Made by a program: the position numbers and the translations under genes | Shown here: in pieces, positions 17,845 to 27,459 of the stretch | Layout of the letters: each line of letters begins with the position of its first letter | Position numbering within the stretch: the stretch's first letter is position 1 | Notes under the pieces: model-generated | Told to the model about the DNA's origin: nothing | Databases searched by the model: none | The model's input: only the letters and a program-made list of their open reading frames with translations | Source of the DNA: Candidatus Aminicenantes bacterium | GTDB taxonomy: Bacteria > Acidobacteriota > Aminicenantia > Aminicenantales > Saccharicenantaceae | DNA: 64,000 nucleotides | Assembly (NCBI GenBank): GCA_963743205.1 | Contig: CAVUOW010000005.1 | Span: forward strand, 254,650-318,649 | Direction of reading: 5' to 3'

Positions 17845-19457
17845 TTGACCCGAAGAGGAAGGGCGGCCATCTTTTTCTGCATCCTGTCGCTCGCCGTCTC
17901 CTGCGCGTCGGCGAGGAAGGGCGCGTGTCGCGGCGGGCCCGCCCCTCGTCGATTGGACGGCGCGGCTGGCCGAAGCCGGCGCTCTTTACGAAGCGGGTCA
18001 CTACACGGCCCTGCGGGAGGCCCGCAAGATCTACGGCCAGGCCCTCGAAGCGTCTGCCAAGAGCCCTGGCGTCGCGGAAAAGTATCTTCGGGCATCCATC
18101 GCCCTGGAATTGCGCAAGAAGGACCTGGGTATCCTTACGACCGGCCCAGCCGCCGACCTCGACGCTCTGACGGCGGTCGATCCCGCCCTCGGCCGCTATG
18201 CGCCGTGGCTCGAGCTCGTCGCCGGTCTCCCCAACAAGATCAAAGGCAGCCCGGGGATCGACCAAACCGCCGGACGGGCACTCGACGCCCAGCTCGACTG
18301 GATCAAAGTCCGGGTGACGGCCATCGACCGCGAGCTCGAGACGGCGGCGCAAACCGACGACCTCGCCGCCGCGCTCCGTCTGACCCTTCACCGCGAATTC
18401 TCCTTCAAATTCGAGGACAAGCTCGACCGCAAGGCCATCCTGGACCGTCATCCCGGCTCGCGGCTGGCGGCCTTCCAGGCCGCCGTCTGCCCGGCCTTCG
18501 AGGCCAAAGAGCTCGAGGATTTGCTCGCCCTGGATGAGGACTTCTCCGAAGCCCATTATTACCTCGGCGAGGACGGCGCTCATGGCCGGCAAGCTCCTCA
18601 CGGCCGAAGGCCATTATCTGGCGGTCGAGGAGAAGATCCCCGAGTCGCTGTCCGTCCTCATCTCCCTGGCCAAGGTCGCCTTCCAGCTGGAAGAGAACGA
18701 AACCTGTCTCGCCTATAACGAACGGGCCCTGGCCGTCCTGCCCGTATACCGGGACGCCCTCCTCGGCAAGGGCCTCGCGCTCGGCTATCTCGGCCGGAAC
18801 GAAGAGGCGCTGGCCGTCCTCGGCCGGATGCTCGAGCTCGGCACGTACTATATGGGCGAAGGACATTATTGGACGGCCTGGAACCTGAACGAGCTCGGAC
18901 GTCTCGAGGAGGCCCGGAGGTCGATCGAGTCGTCCAAGATCTTCCTCGTCGGCGTGAGCGACGTAGCGGCTCTTTCAGGGATCATCGCCTATCGGCAGGG
19001 GCGGCCCGACGACGCCGAGAGGGACCTCCGAGAGGCCCTCGACCTCGATCCGGCGGCGAGCGACGCGGCCTATTACCTGGGCAAGCTCTATGCGGACCGC
19101 AAGGACTGGCTCAATTCGGGGATCTATTTCGCCGGGGCCGCGATGACTTACGAGGACAAGGAAAAAGGCCTGGAGAAAAAGATCGGCGAGATCGGGAACT
19201 CGGAGATGTCGCCGGAGAGAAAGGCCCGTCTCGTCGCCAAAAAGCGGGCCCAGATCCTGGGGGTCCAGGCGACCAAGGCGACCTGCCAGTACAACGGCGC
19301 CGCCGGCTATCACAACGCCGGGTCGTTCGAGCGGGCCCTCGAGCTGGCCCGCCTCGCCGCCACCCATCCGGCCTTCGCGGACAAGGCCGCTGAGCTCATC
19401 AAGATCATCCAAAACCGCCAGGTTTCCCCTCCCTCGCCCGAGCCAAAAGGTGTATAA
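17845..19457 (+). CDS. TPR-like lipoprotein (two frameshifts, near 17915-17930 and 18568-18582)
   Basis: TTG start. MTRRGRAAIFFCILSLAVSCAS has a lipobox. The sequence continues in the frame of ORF 18110..18718 (PLVDWTARLAEAGALYEAGHYTALREARKIYGQALEAS...EAHYYLGE), then in ORF 18534..19457 (ALMAGKLLTAEGHYLAVEE...TPR-like repeats). Confidence 0.65.
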
Positions 19458-19479
19458 TAACGCCCTTTGAGGAGGGCCC

Positions 19480-21270
19480 ATGCCTGACCTTGCCGCGAGT
19501 ACTCTCTGCCGCCTGTTCCTGGATTCCTGCCGGACATACAAGAAGCCTGGCCGGATGACGTTTAAAAGGGACGGCGTTTGGGAAACGATCTCCACGGACG
19601 AGGTCGAGACGACCGTCCGGCGCCTCTCGCTCGGCTTCCAGGCCCTCGGCCTGAAGCCCGGCGACCGCCTCGCCATCCTCTCCGAGAACAGGCCCGAATG
19701 GGTCATGGCCGACTTCGCCGCCCTCGCCGCCGGAGGCGTCACCGTCCCCATCTACACCTCGCTCCCGCCCGACCAGGTCCGCTACATCATCGGCGACGCG
19801 GGCGCGAAGATCGTCGTCTGCTCGGACCTCGAGATGTGGGGAAAGATCGCGGCCGTCCGGAACGCGCTTCCCGAGCTCGAGCGCGTCATCGTCATCGAGG
19901 GCGATCCCCCGGCCGGAGCGCACGCCCTGTCGGACGTCGCGGAGATGGGCCGCCGCCTCGAAGCCGAGGAGCCGGACCGTTTCGAGAGGACGGCCGCCGC
20001 GGTCCGGCCCGAGGACCTGGCCTCCATCATTTACACGTCCGGAACGACCGGCCTGCCCAAGGGCGTCATGCTCAGCCATGCCAACTTCACCAGCAACGTC
20101 GTATCGCTGGCCGAGTTCATCGATTTTTGCGAAACCGACACCGGCCTGTCCTTCCTGCCCCTGTCCCACGTCCTCGAGCGGACGGCCACGTTCCTCCTCT
20201 TCTACGTCGGGGCGGCCATGGCCTACGCCGAGAGCATCGAGGCCGTGGCCTCGAACATGGTCGAAGTCCGGCCGACCATCATCGTCAGCGTCCCCCGGCT
20301 CTTCGAAAAGATCTATGCCCGGGTGATGGACCAGGTCATGGCCGGCTCCCGCCTCAAGAGGGCGATATTCGTCTGGGCCCTGGCGACAGGAAAAAAGTAC
20401 GCGGCCAGGACGATCGCCGGAGAGACCATCCCGGTCCACCTGTCCTTCAAGCGAGCCGTCGCGGCGAAGCTCGTTTTCTCCAAGATCATCTCCCGGACCG
20501 GCGGACGCATCCGGTACGCCATCTGCGGCGGAGCGCCTCTCTCGAGGGACATCGCCGAGTTTTTCTATGCCCTGGGCCTCAGGATCATGCCGGGATACGG
20601 GCTGACGGAAACCTCACCCGTCCTCACGGGCAGTGCGCTCGGCAAGGTCCGGTTCGGGACCGCGGGCAAGGCCATCCCGCGAGTCGAGCTCCGGATCGCC
20701 GAGGACGGGGAGATCCTGGCCCGGGGCCCCAACGTCATGATGGGCTACTACAAGAACGAGGCCGATACCCGGGAGGTCCTGAAGGACGGCTGGCTCCACA
20801 CCGGCGACATCGGCCGGTTCGACGAGGACGGCTTCCTCATCATCACCGACCGCAAAAAGGACATCATCGTCACTTCGGGCGGAAAGAATGTCGCCCCGCA
20901 GCCCATCGAGAGCCTCATCCAGGCCAGTCCCCTCATCGCCAGCGCCGTGGTCGTGGGCAACAGCCGCAAGTTCGTCTCGGCGCTCATTGTGCCGGATTTC
21001 GAAAAGCTCGAGGCCTACGCTAAAGCGCACGGCATCGCCTTCAAGGACCGGACCGGCCTCAGCCGCCGCCCCGAAGTCATCGCGTTCCTCCTCGACGAGG
21101 TCAACCGGATGACACCCGGGCTGGCGTCCTATGAGAGGGTCAAGAAGATCGCCGTGCTCGACCGGGAGTTCGACCTCGAGATGGGCGAGGTGACGCCCAC
21201 CCTCAAGGTCCGGCGGAACATCGTCGAGCGGAAGTACGCCGACGTCATCGAATCGCTCTACCGGGAGTGA
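19480..21270 (+). CDS. AMP-dependent long-chain acyl-CoA synthetase
   Basis: 596 aa. AMP-binding signature IIYTSGTTGLPKGVMLSH; GYGLTE; TGDIGRFDEDGFLIITDRKKD. Confidence 0.85.
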   Translation: MPDLAASTLCRLFLDSCRTYKKPGRMTFKRDGVWETISTDEVETTVRRLSLGFQALGLKPGDRLAILSENRPEWVMADFAALAAGGVTVPIYTSLPPDQVRYIIGDAGAKIVVCSDLEMWGKIAAVRNALPELERVIVIEGDPPAGAHALSDVAEMGRRLEAEEPDRFERTAAAVRPEDLASIIYTSGTTGLPKGVMLSHANFTSNVVSLAEFIDFCETDTGLSFLPLSHVLERTATFLLFYVGAAMAYAESIEAVASNMVEVRPTIIVSVPRLFEKIYARVMDQVMAGSRLKRAIFVWALATGKKYAARTIAGETIPVHLSFKRAVAAKLVFSKIISRTGGRIRYAICGGAPLSRDIAEFFYALGLRIMPGYGLTETSPVLTGSALGKVRFGTAGKAIPRVELRIAEDGEILARGPNVMMGYYKNEADTREVLKDGWLHTGDIGRFDEDGFLIITDRKKDIIVTSGGKNVAPQPIESLIQASPLIASAVVVGNSRKFVSALIVPDFEKLEAYAKAHGIAFKDRTGLSRRPEVIAFLLDEVNRMTPGLASYERVKKIAVLDREFDLEMGEVTPTLKVRRNIVERKYADVIESLYRE

Positions 21271-21278
21271 GGACCGGC

Positions 21279-22454
21279 ATGGACACGGGAAGTTACCTGT
21301 CCCATCTCGAGTGCGGCCTCTGCGGCGAGCGCCTGGAGGCCGACCGGCTGTGGAACCTCTGTCCCAAATGCGGCAAGCCGCTCCTCGCCCGCTATGACCT
21401 GGACGCGGCCCGGGCCGCTCTAACGCCCGCCGCGATCGCCGGGCGCGAGCCGACGATGTGGCGCTACCGCGAGCTTCTCCCCGTCCGGGGCGACGCCTTC
21501 AAGCTCTCGCTCGGCGAGGGGTTCACGCCGATCCTCCGGGCGGCCCGGCTCGAGCGCGAGACCGGGCACGGCCCGCTCTACGTCAAGGACGAGGGGCTCA
21601 ATCCGACAGGCTCGTTCAAGGCCAGGGGCCTGTCCGCCGCGGTTTCGCGGGCCTTCGAGCTCGGCGTCCGGTCGGTCTCGATCCCGACGGCCGGCAACGC
21701 CGGCTGCGCCATGAGCGCCTACGCCGCCCTGGGCGGCCTCGAGGCCCACGTCTTCATGCCGGCCGATGCGCCCAAGCCGTTCATCAACGAATGCCGGGTC
21801 CTCGGGGCCAAGGTGACGCTCATCGACGGGCTCATCACCGACTGCGGCCAGGCCGCGCGGGAGGGCATCGAAAAGCACGGGCGGTTCGACGTCTCGACCC
21901 TCAAGGAACCGTACCGCATCGAGGGCAAAAAGACGATGGGTTACGAAGTCGCCGAGCAGATGGGCTGGCGGCTCCCCGACGTCATCATCTACCCGACCGG
22001 CGGCGGCACCGGGCTCGTGGGCATGTGGAAGGCCTTCGGCGAGATGGAGAAGCTCGGCTGGATCGGTCCCCAACGGCCGCGGATGGTCACGGTCCAGTCG
22101 GACGGCTGCGCGCCCATGGTCAAGGCGTTCCAAGAAGGGAAAGAATTCGCCGAACCCTGGCCGAACGCCCGGACGATCGCCGACGGCATGAGGGTCCCGG
22201 CCGCTGTGGGCGATTTCCTCATCCTGCGGGCGCTCAGGGAAAGCCGCGGGACCGCCGTGGCCGTCCCGGACGCCGAGATCCTCGAAGCGACCTATCTCAT
22301 GGGGAGGACGACCGGCATCTGGCCCGCTCCCGAAGGCGGGGCGACCCTGGCCGCGCTGTTGCGGCTCCGAAAAGACGGCTGGGTCCGCGACGGGGAATCC
22401 GTCGTCCTGTTCAACACCGGGAACGGCGCCAAGTACTCCCACATCTGGGATTGA
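21279..22454 (+). CDS. thrC: Threonine synthase (with N-terminal Zn-ribbon)
   Basis: Track start is GTG 21267; ATG 21279 is more likely. CGLCGE...CPKCG; PLP lysine motif PTGSFKARG; GNAG and TGGGTG loops. Confidence 0.7.
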   Translation: MDTGSYLSHLECGLCGERLEADRLWNLCPKCGKPLLARYDLDAARAALTPAAIAGREPTMWRYRELLPVRGDAFKLSLGEGFTPILRAARLERETGHGPLYVKDEGLNPTGSFKARGLSAAVSRAFELGVRSVSIPTAGNAGCAMSAYAALGGLEAHVFMPADAPKPFINECRVLGAKVTLIDGLITDCGQAAREGIEKHGRFDVSTLKEPYRIEGKKTMGYEVAEQMGWRLPDVIIYPTGGGTGLVGMWKAFGEMEKLGWIGPQRPRMVTVQSDGCAPMVKAFQEGKEFAEPWPNARTIADGMRVPAAVGDFLILRALRESRGTAVAVPDAEILEATYLMGRTTGIWPAPEGGATLAALLRLRKDGWVRDGESVVLFNTGNGAKYSHIWD

Positions 22455-22574
22455 TCCTCTCTCTCTGATCGCGGGTCCCCCAGCCGGCGAGGTCCGGGAC
22501 GCGGCGCCGATTGCTATTCGCGGCCCGGATGGAGTAAATGATAAGCAAACGCCACGCCGGCGAGGAGGAGATCG

Positions 22575-25283
22575 ATGAGTCGTGATCGGATGACCCGCAC
22601 CGTGGGGATTCTCCTGGCCGTCACCCTTTTGATGCCGAATATGGTCCGCGCGTCGGGACAAGACCAACTGGGCGGATTCGCTCGCGTGTCCGGGACGCCA
22701 GCGGGCTCTGCCCCCGTCGTCTGGAAAGGCCGTTTCAGCGGCTACACGAACTACTGGCAGACAATGGCTTGGAGCTGGCATCAACACGGCAACCTGTTCC
22801 TCATCGGCCAGCCCGACGTCGGGCAGGCCATCGTTCAAAACAAGGCCGACATCGCCGAGGAGATGGGCATTCCCGGACTTGTCCTCGACGAGGGCTTTCT
22901 CGACGCCTGGCTCCGGTCCGACCCGGCCGAGTTCGAAGACCCGACGCCAGAGGCCTTGGATCAGGCGCTCGGCCGCGGCGACGTCCTCGCCTGGGTCAAG
23001 CCGTCGAGCCCCTTGGGCCTGAAATTGCTGGCCAAGGCCCCGGGGCTGGCCGGAAACCGGGCCGCGCTGGGAAGCTATCAAGCCCGGGCCACGGACTACC
23101 GCGAGATGATCGCCTTCGCGCTTGACGATGGAAAGCGGCATCTCTTCGCGGTCGTCTCCGACACCCCCGATCGCCACGGCCGCTTCAAGGAGCTTCTCGC
23201 GGGCGTTCGCGACGTCGTCCGCCGCTATGATCTCCACCGCGGCTGGTTCGGGACGGGAACGCTCCTTCACAGCGTCACCTGCCACCCCGGCCATCCCCTC
23301 GAGGTCATCGGCCGGGGTCTCAGCCAGGGCAACGACTGGTTCACTTTCAGCGGGTACATGGACTACATGATGCTGAAACAGCTGCCGGAGTGGCTCCAGA
23401 CGGTCGGACTGGACATCCCTGTCGACGTCGGCACGGGCAAGGCCAGCCACAGCCTGGGGACGGTCGCCTTCGGCTTGAGCGATTACGGAGGGCTCAAGAT
23501 CCAGGACATGCCGACCGAGGAGGAGTGGATCCGCTTCGTCAAGGACCGGGGAGGATACATCTTCCGTCCGGTCTATGCCCCCGACTGTGACAAGTTCCAT
23601 TATGACGGCCAGATCGCCATCGACGGGAACAAGAAACAGATCGACACCGAGAACGTGCCTTTCATCCTCCAGACGGGGCTCATCAAAGACGAAGCGCCCG
23701 CCGCGATGGTCCTCTTCACCGAGAAGGGCCGCGGCTTCGACCGCGGGGCGATGTGGAAGGCCATTCTGGACCGGCGGGCCGTCGGGGTCTTGCCCCTCGG
23801 CCGGATGATGGGCCCGGCCCCGCTGCGGAACGCCCTGCAGATGCTTCTTCTCGACCGAGTCTACCTCGAGGATCTCTTCGCGGACAGGTGCCAGATCGAG
23901 GCCGCGGTCGACGGCTATAGCCTCCGGGTCAGGCTGGCCAACCTCAAGGGCTCGCCTCTCGCGGCAACGATCGAAGTCAAGCCTGCGCTCGAGGTCGAGG
24001 TCGACAGAAAGTCCGCCGATGTCCAGCTGCCGCCGGGGACCGAACGCTCCTTCTCGTTCGTCCTCCGCCCCTCGGCCGCGGCCATGGCCAAGGCCAATCC
24101 GATCCTCGTCGAGGCGCGCTGGCCGGGGGGCCGGAAGCGAGCGCTGGCGGTCTTCGACCTTCCGCCGGCCGTGTCGGTCCACAAGCTCCTCCACGGCCAG
24201 GCTCCCGAAGTCGCCTATCCTGTTTCCGTCCACAACTTCACGGCGGCTAAGTCCTTTCCCGTCGAGGTCAAGGTCTATGCCACGGACCGTCCGGCGGCGC
24301 CCGTTCTAGCGACGTCCCTGACAGGCTCGGCCGTGACAGGCGGCCACCAGGAGCTCGAGTTCCGGCTGCCGCTCGGACCGGGCTCGTACACGGTCAGGAC
24401 GACGGCTCTGGGCGTGTCCGGCGAAACCCAGCTCGGCGTCGACCGGCCGGCAGGCGAGGTCACCGTGACGCCTGTGGATATCGACGGCGACGGGCTCATG
24501 GAGTACCGGCTCGAGAACGACAAGGTCCGGGTGACGCTCCTGGCCATCGGGGCGCGGGTCATCGAGTACCTCGTCAAGGAAAAGAACGACAATATCCTCT
24601 TCAAGCTCTGGCCGGAGAAAGAGGCCACGGACAGGCGTCCGTTCCGCGAGCGCGGCTTCTATCCTTACGGCGGTTTCGAGGATTTCCTCGGCCAGGCCTC
24701 GATCGAGACGCACAAGATCTACGACGCTGCCGTGGTGAAGAACGGCGGGACGAGCGGCTCGGTCCGGATGACGGCGGATTACTACGGCAATCGCATCGAA
24801 AAGGTGTTCACGCTCGACGGATCATCCCCTCTTCTCGAAGTCCGCTTCGCCCTCGAGTTCCGCAATCCCGAGCTGAACATGCTCGGACCCCAGCCCATTC
24901 TGGCCCTCGGCGAGAAGCACTGGACCGAGGACGTCTTCGTCATCCCGGCGAAGACGGGGCTGCGCGAAGTCCGGATGCGGCCCGAAGAGTACTTCGGCGA
25001 GGTCTTCTTCCTCAAGGAAGGCTGGAACGCCGGACGCGATACCGTCGAGGACGTCTCGTTCGTCGGGGCCTTCCCGGTGAGCGAGCCGGAGTTCCTCCAC
25101 TTGTGGATGAACCACCCCTCCAACGGCGAATCCGCCCACTATTACGCCGAGCTGCAGCCGTGGGTGCCCATCTTCCAGAAGACGGTCCGCTACTTTTCCT
25201 ATTATTTGTGGGGCGCGCCCGGCCCTTGGGAGAAAGGGCTCGAGGAGCTGAGGCGGCGGAACCTCATCACGACGGCGAAATGA
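22575..25283 (+). CDS. Large secreted protein of unknown function
   Basis: 902 aa, intact. Signal peptide ...LLMPNMVRASG. No motif I can assign; beta-rich C-terminal third. Confidence 0.7.
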   Translation: MSRDRMTRTVGILLAVTLLMPNMVRASGQDQLGGFARVSGTPAGSAPVVWKGRFSGYTNYWQTMAWSWHQHGNLFLIGQPDVGQAIVQNKADIAEEMGIPGLVLDEGFLDAWLRSDPAEFEDPTPEALDQALGRGDVLAWVKPSSPLGLKLLAKAPGLAGNRAALGSYQARATDYREMIAFALDDGKRHLFAVVSDTPDRHGRFKELLAGVRDVVRRYDLHRGWFGTGTLLHSVTCHPGHPLEVIGRGLSQGNDWFTFSGYMDYMMLKQLPEWLQTVGLDIPVDVGTGKASHSLGTVAFGLSDYGGLKIQDMPTEEEWIRFVKDRGGYIFRPVYAPDCDKFHYDGQIAIDGNKKQIDTENVPFILQTGLIKDEAPAAMVLFTEKGRGFDRGAMWKAILDRRAVGVLPLGRMMGPAPLRNALQMLLLDRVYLEDLFADRCQIEAAVDGYSLRVRLANLKGSPLAATIEVKPALEVEVDRKSADVQLPPGTERSFSFVLRPSAAAMAKANPILVEARWPGGRKRALAVFDLPPAVSVHKLLHGQAPEVAYPVSVHNFTAAKSFPVEVKVYATDRPAAPVLATSLTGSAVTGGHQELEFRLPLGPGSYTVRTTALGVSGETQLGVDRPAGEVTVTPVDIDGDGLMEYRLENDKVRVTLLAIGARVIEYLVKEKNDNILFKLWPEKEATDRRPFRERGFYPYGGFEDFLGQASIETHKIYDAAVVKNGGTSGSVRMTADYYGNRIEKVFTLDGSSPLLEVRFALEFRNPELNMLGPQPILALGEKHWTEDVFVIPAKTGLREVRMRPEEYFGEVFFLKEGWNAGRDTVEDVSFVGAFPVSEPEFLHLWMNHPSNGESAHYYAELQPWVPIFQKTVRYFSYYLWGAPGPWEKGLEELRRRNLITTAK

Positions 25284-25312
25284 CCGGGCCGCGGCAGCCC
25301 CGATGATGCTCG

Positions 25313-26414
25313 TCAGCTTCCGGCCGAGGCCCTCTTGATCTTCTTCGAGGCCGCCTTGAGCTGGGGCAGCTTGGCCGCCGTGCCCTGCGTCAAGGGGTGC
25401 CAGAGCGTGCACAGGTGGCCGAGGACCTTGTCCGAGGGGACGGCCAGCGACTGGTCGATGAACGACTTGACGACCTTGACGTCGCGGAAGCTCGTCGGCA
25501 ACACCCGGAAGCCCTTGTCCGTGAAGATCTTGACCGAGGGGAAGGTCGATTTGGGGGTCGGCTGCAAGGGATATTTCCGCTCGTAGTGCCAGTCGCACAT
25601 GATGATGTCCTTGGGGATCAGGTCGATGGCCGCGTTCGTGCCGTTCATGGAAGCCTCCCACAGGCCGTAGCCCGTCGCCTGGCCGTCGAGGAGCCGGTCG
25701 GCCCACATCATCATCTCCTTGCCCCGCTTCCGGACGATTTGGTCATAAGCGTCGTTGACCGCCTTGGCAAAGAGCTCGCCGGTCGGCTTCCCGGCGCAGC
25801 GCGGACAGTCGGCGTCGGCGATAATGAAGACCTCGTCCATGCCGACGTGAAGGGCGTCGGCCTCGAAGACGTCGATGAGCTCGTCATAGAGATCGTTGAT
25901 GATGGCGGGAAGATCCGGGTGGAGCGGGCACCAGCTGCGGCAGTAGAACTCCGTGCCCCAGGGATCGGTCCCCTTGTTGCCGGCGTACTTGCCGGGCGAC
26001 TCGTCGAGCTGGGGGTACTTGGTCAGAAGGGGAAAAGTCTTTTCGGCCCAGGATTGGTGGCCGAGGCTCTGGAACTCGGGCACGAGGCGGATCCCCTTGG
26101 CCCGGCATGCGGCGACGAGGGCCTTGACCGTCTCCTTCTTGACCGGATTCTCCATGCCCAGCTCCGGGTGGGAGGCATAATCGTACCAGTAGTCGACTTC
26201 CGCGATCAGGAGGTTGACGCCGCGCTTGGCCAGGGCGGGGATCTCGCCGATGAGGGTCCTGGCATCGGCATCGGTCTCGGTGATGGCATGCATGCCCGAG
26301 GACGAGCGGCCGTTTGACCGCGGGGACGGTCGTCATCGGCTTGGGCGCGCAGGAGGAAAGGACAGGGCCAGCGCGATCAGGATGGGATCGAGCTCGGCGG
26401 ACGTATCGGCTCAT
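25313..26414 (-). CDS. GH20-like glycoside hydrolase, probable lipoprotein; N-terminal signal region disrupted by frameshifts
   Basis: Track ORF 25313..26293 holds the catalytic part (...FQSLGHQSW...ALHVGMDEVF, resembling the GH20 H-x-G-x-DE motif). Upstream, an ATG at 26414 with RBS AGGAGG gives MSRYVRR. ILIALALSF and LSSCAPKPMTTVPAVKRPLVLG lie in alternating frames. Confidence 0.65.
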
Positions 26415-26541
26415 GACGGGACCTCCTGACGGATTCGGGAAATAGAGGATAGCCCAGGAGCGCGGCGTTGGCAAGCGGCCGGGCCGGAAGACATGTACCC
26501 CGGTTGGGCACTCCCCGGTTTCTTATGGTGGGCCGGGGTGA

Positions 26542-26650
26542 GGGACACGACTGTACATGTCCCGTTCTGTTCCAGGGACAGGCGGTCTTCATGTCTCTGG
26601 CGGAGGGGGACGAGGGCTGTTGTCGTGTCCCGTTCTCTTCCTGTGTCCCC
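26542..26650. promoter_or_regulatory. Array of GGGACA/TGTCCC half-sites in a divergent intergenic region
   Basis: GGGACA(26542)-N10-TGTCCC(26558)-N11-GGGACA(26575). The 11-mer TGTCCCGTTCT occurs twice (26558, 26626), plus TGTCCCC at 26644. Confidence 0.35.
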
Positions 26651-26726
26651 GTTTTTTATCTGGCGCCGGGCGACGGTAAACCTGATAAAGTAAAGGGAAC
26701 GACGCCCCAAGAAAGGAGCCCGGACG

Positions 26727-27432
26727 ATGCGCCTGACATCACTTTACATTATGTAGCTTTGGGACTGGCCCTCGGAATATCGCTCGCCTGCAAACAGGCC
26801 AAGGAGCCGGCCGCCCGGAGGCCGCCGCGCCGCAGGAGCCGCAATGGACCGACCTCTTCACGACCGACCTCTCCAACGCCATATTCCCGGCCGGCGTCTG
26901 GACGGTCTCGGACGGGGTCCTGACGGCCTCGGAGGACCAGGCCATCTGGACGAACAAGGACTATGAGAATTTCGTCCTCAACCTCGAGTTCATGACGGCA
27001 CCGGGGACGAACAGCGGAGTCATCGTCTATTGCTCGGACATGGCCGATTGGATCCCGAATTCGGTCGAGATCCAGATCGCCGACGATTTCGCCGAAGAGT
27101 GGGCTAAGGAGCCGGCCACCTGGCACTGCGGCGCCATCTTCGGCCACCTCGCCCCGACCAAGAGCCTGGTCAAGAAGCCCGGCGAGTGGAACCGTTTTAC
27201 GATCACCTGCGTGGGGAAGCGGATCACCGCCGAGCTCAACGGCGAGGAGGTCACGGACATGGACATGAGCCTGTGGACGTCGGCCAAGACCAATCCCGAC
27301 GGTAGCGAGATCCCGCCCTGGCTGAGCCGGCCTTTTGCCGAGCTGGCCACGAAAGGCCGGATCGGCTTCCAGGGCAAGCACGCCGGCGCCCCGATCTTCT
27401 TCCGGACGATCAGGATCAAGGACGCGAAATAG
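26727..27432 (+). CDS. DUF1080 (3-keto-disaccharide hydrolase-like) lipoprotein; two frameshifts in the signal region
   Basis: ATG 26727 with RBS AAAGGAG gives MRL... Another frame holds VALGLALGISLACKQAKEPAA (lipobox). The mature frame (track ORF 26992..27432 extended upstream) reads PEAAAPQEPQWTDLFTTDLSNAIFPAGVWTVSDGVL...GFQGKHAGAPIFFRTIRIKD. Confidence 0.7.
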
Positions 27433-27459
27433 CGATTCCTGCTGAGGCCCTCTGAGCAC

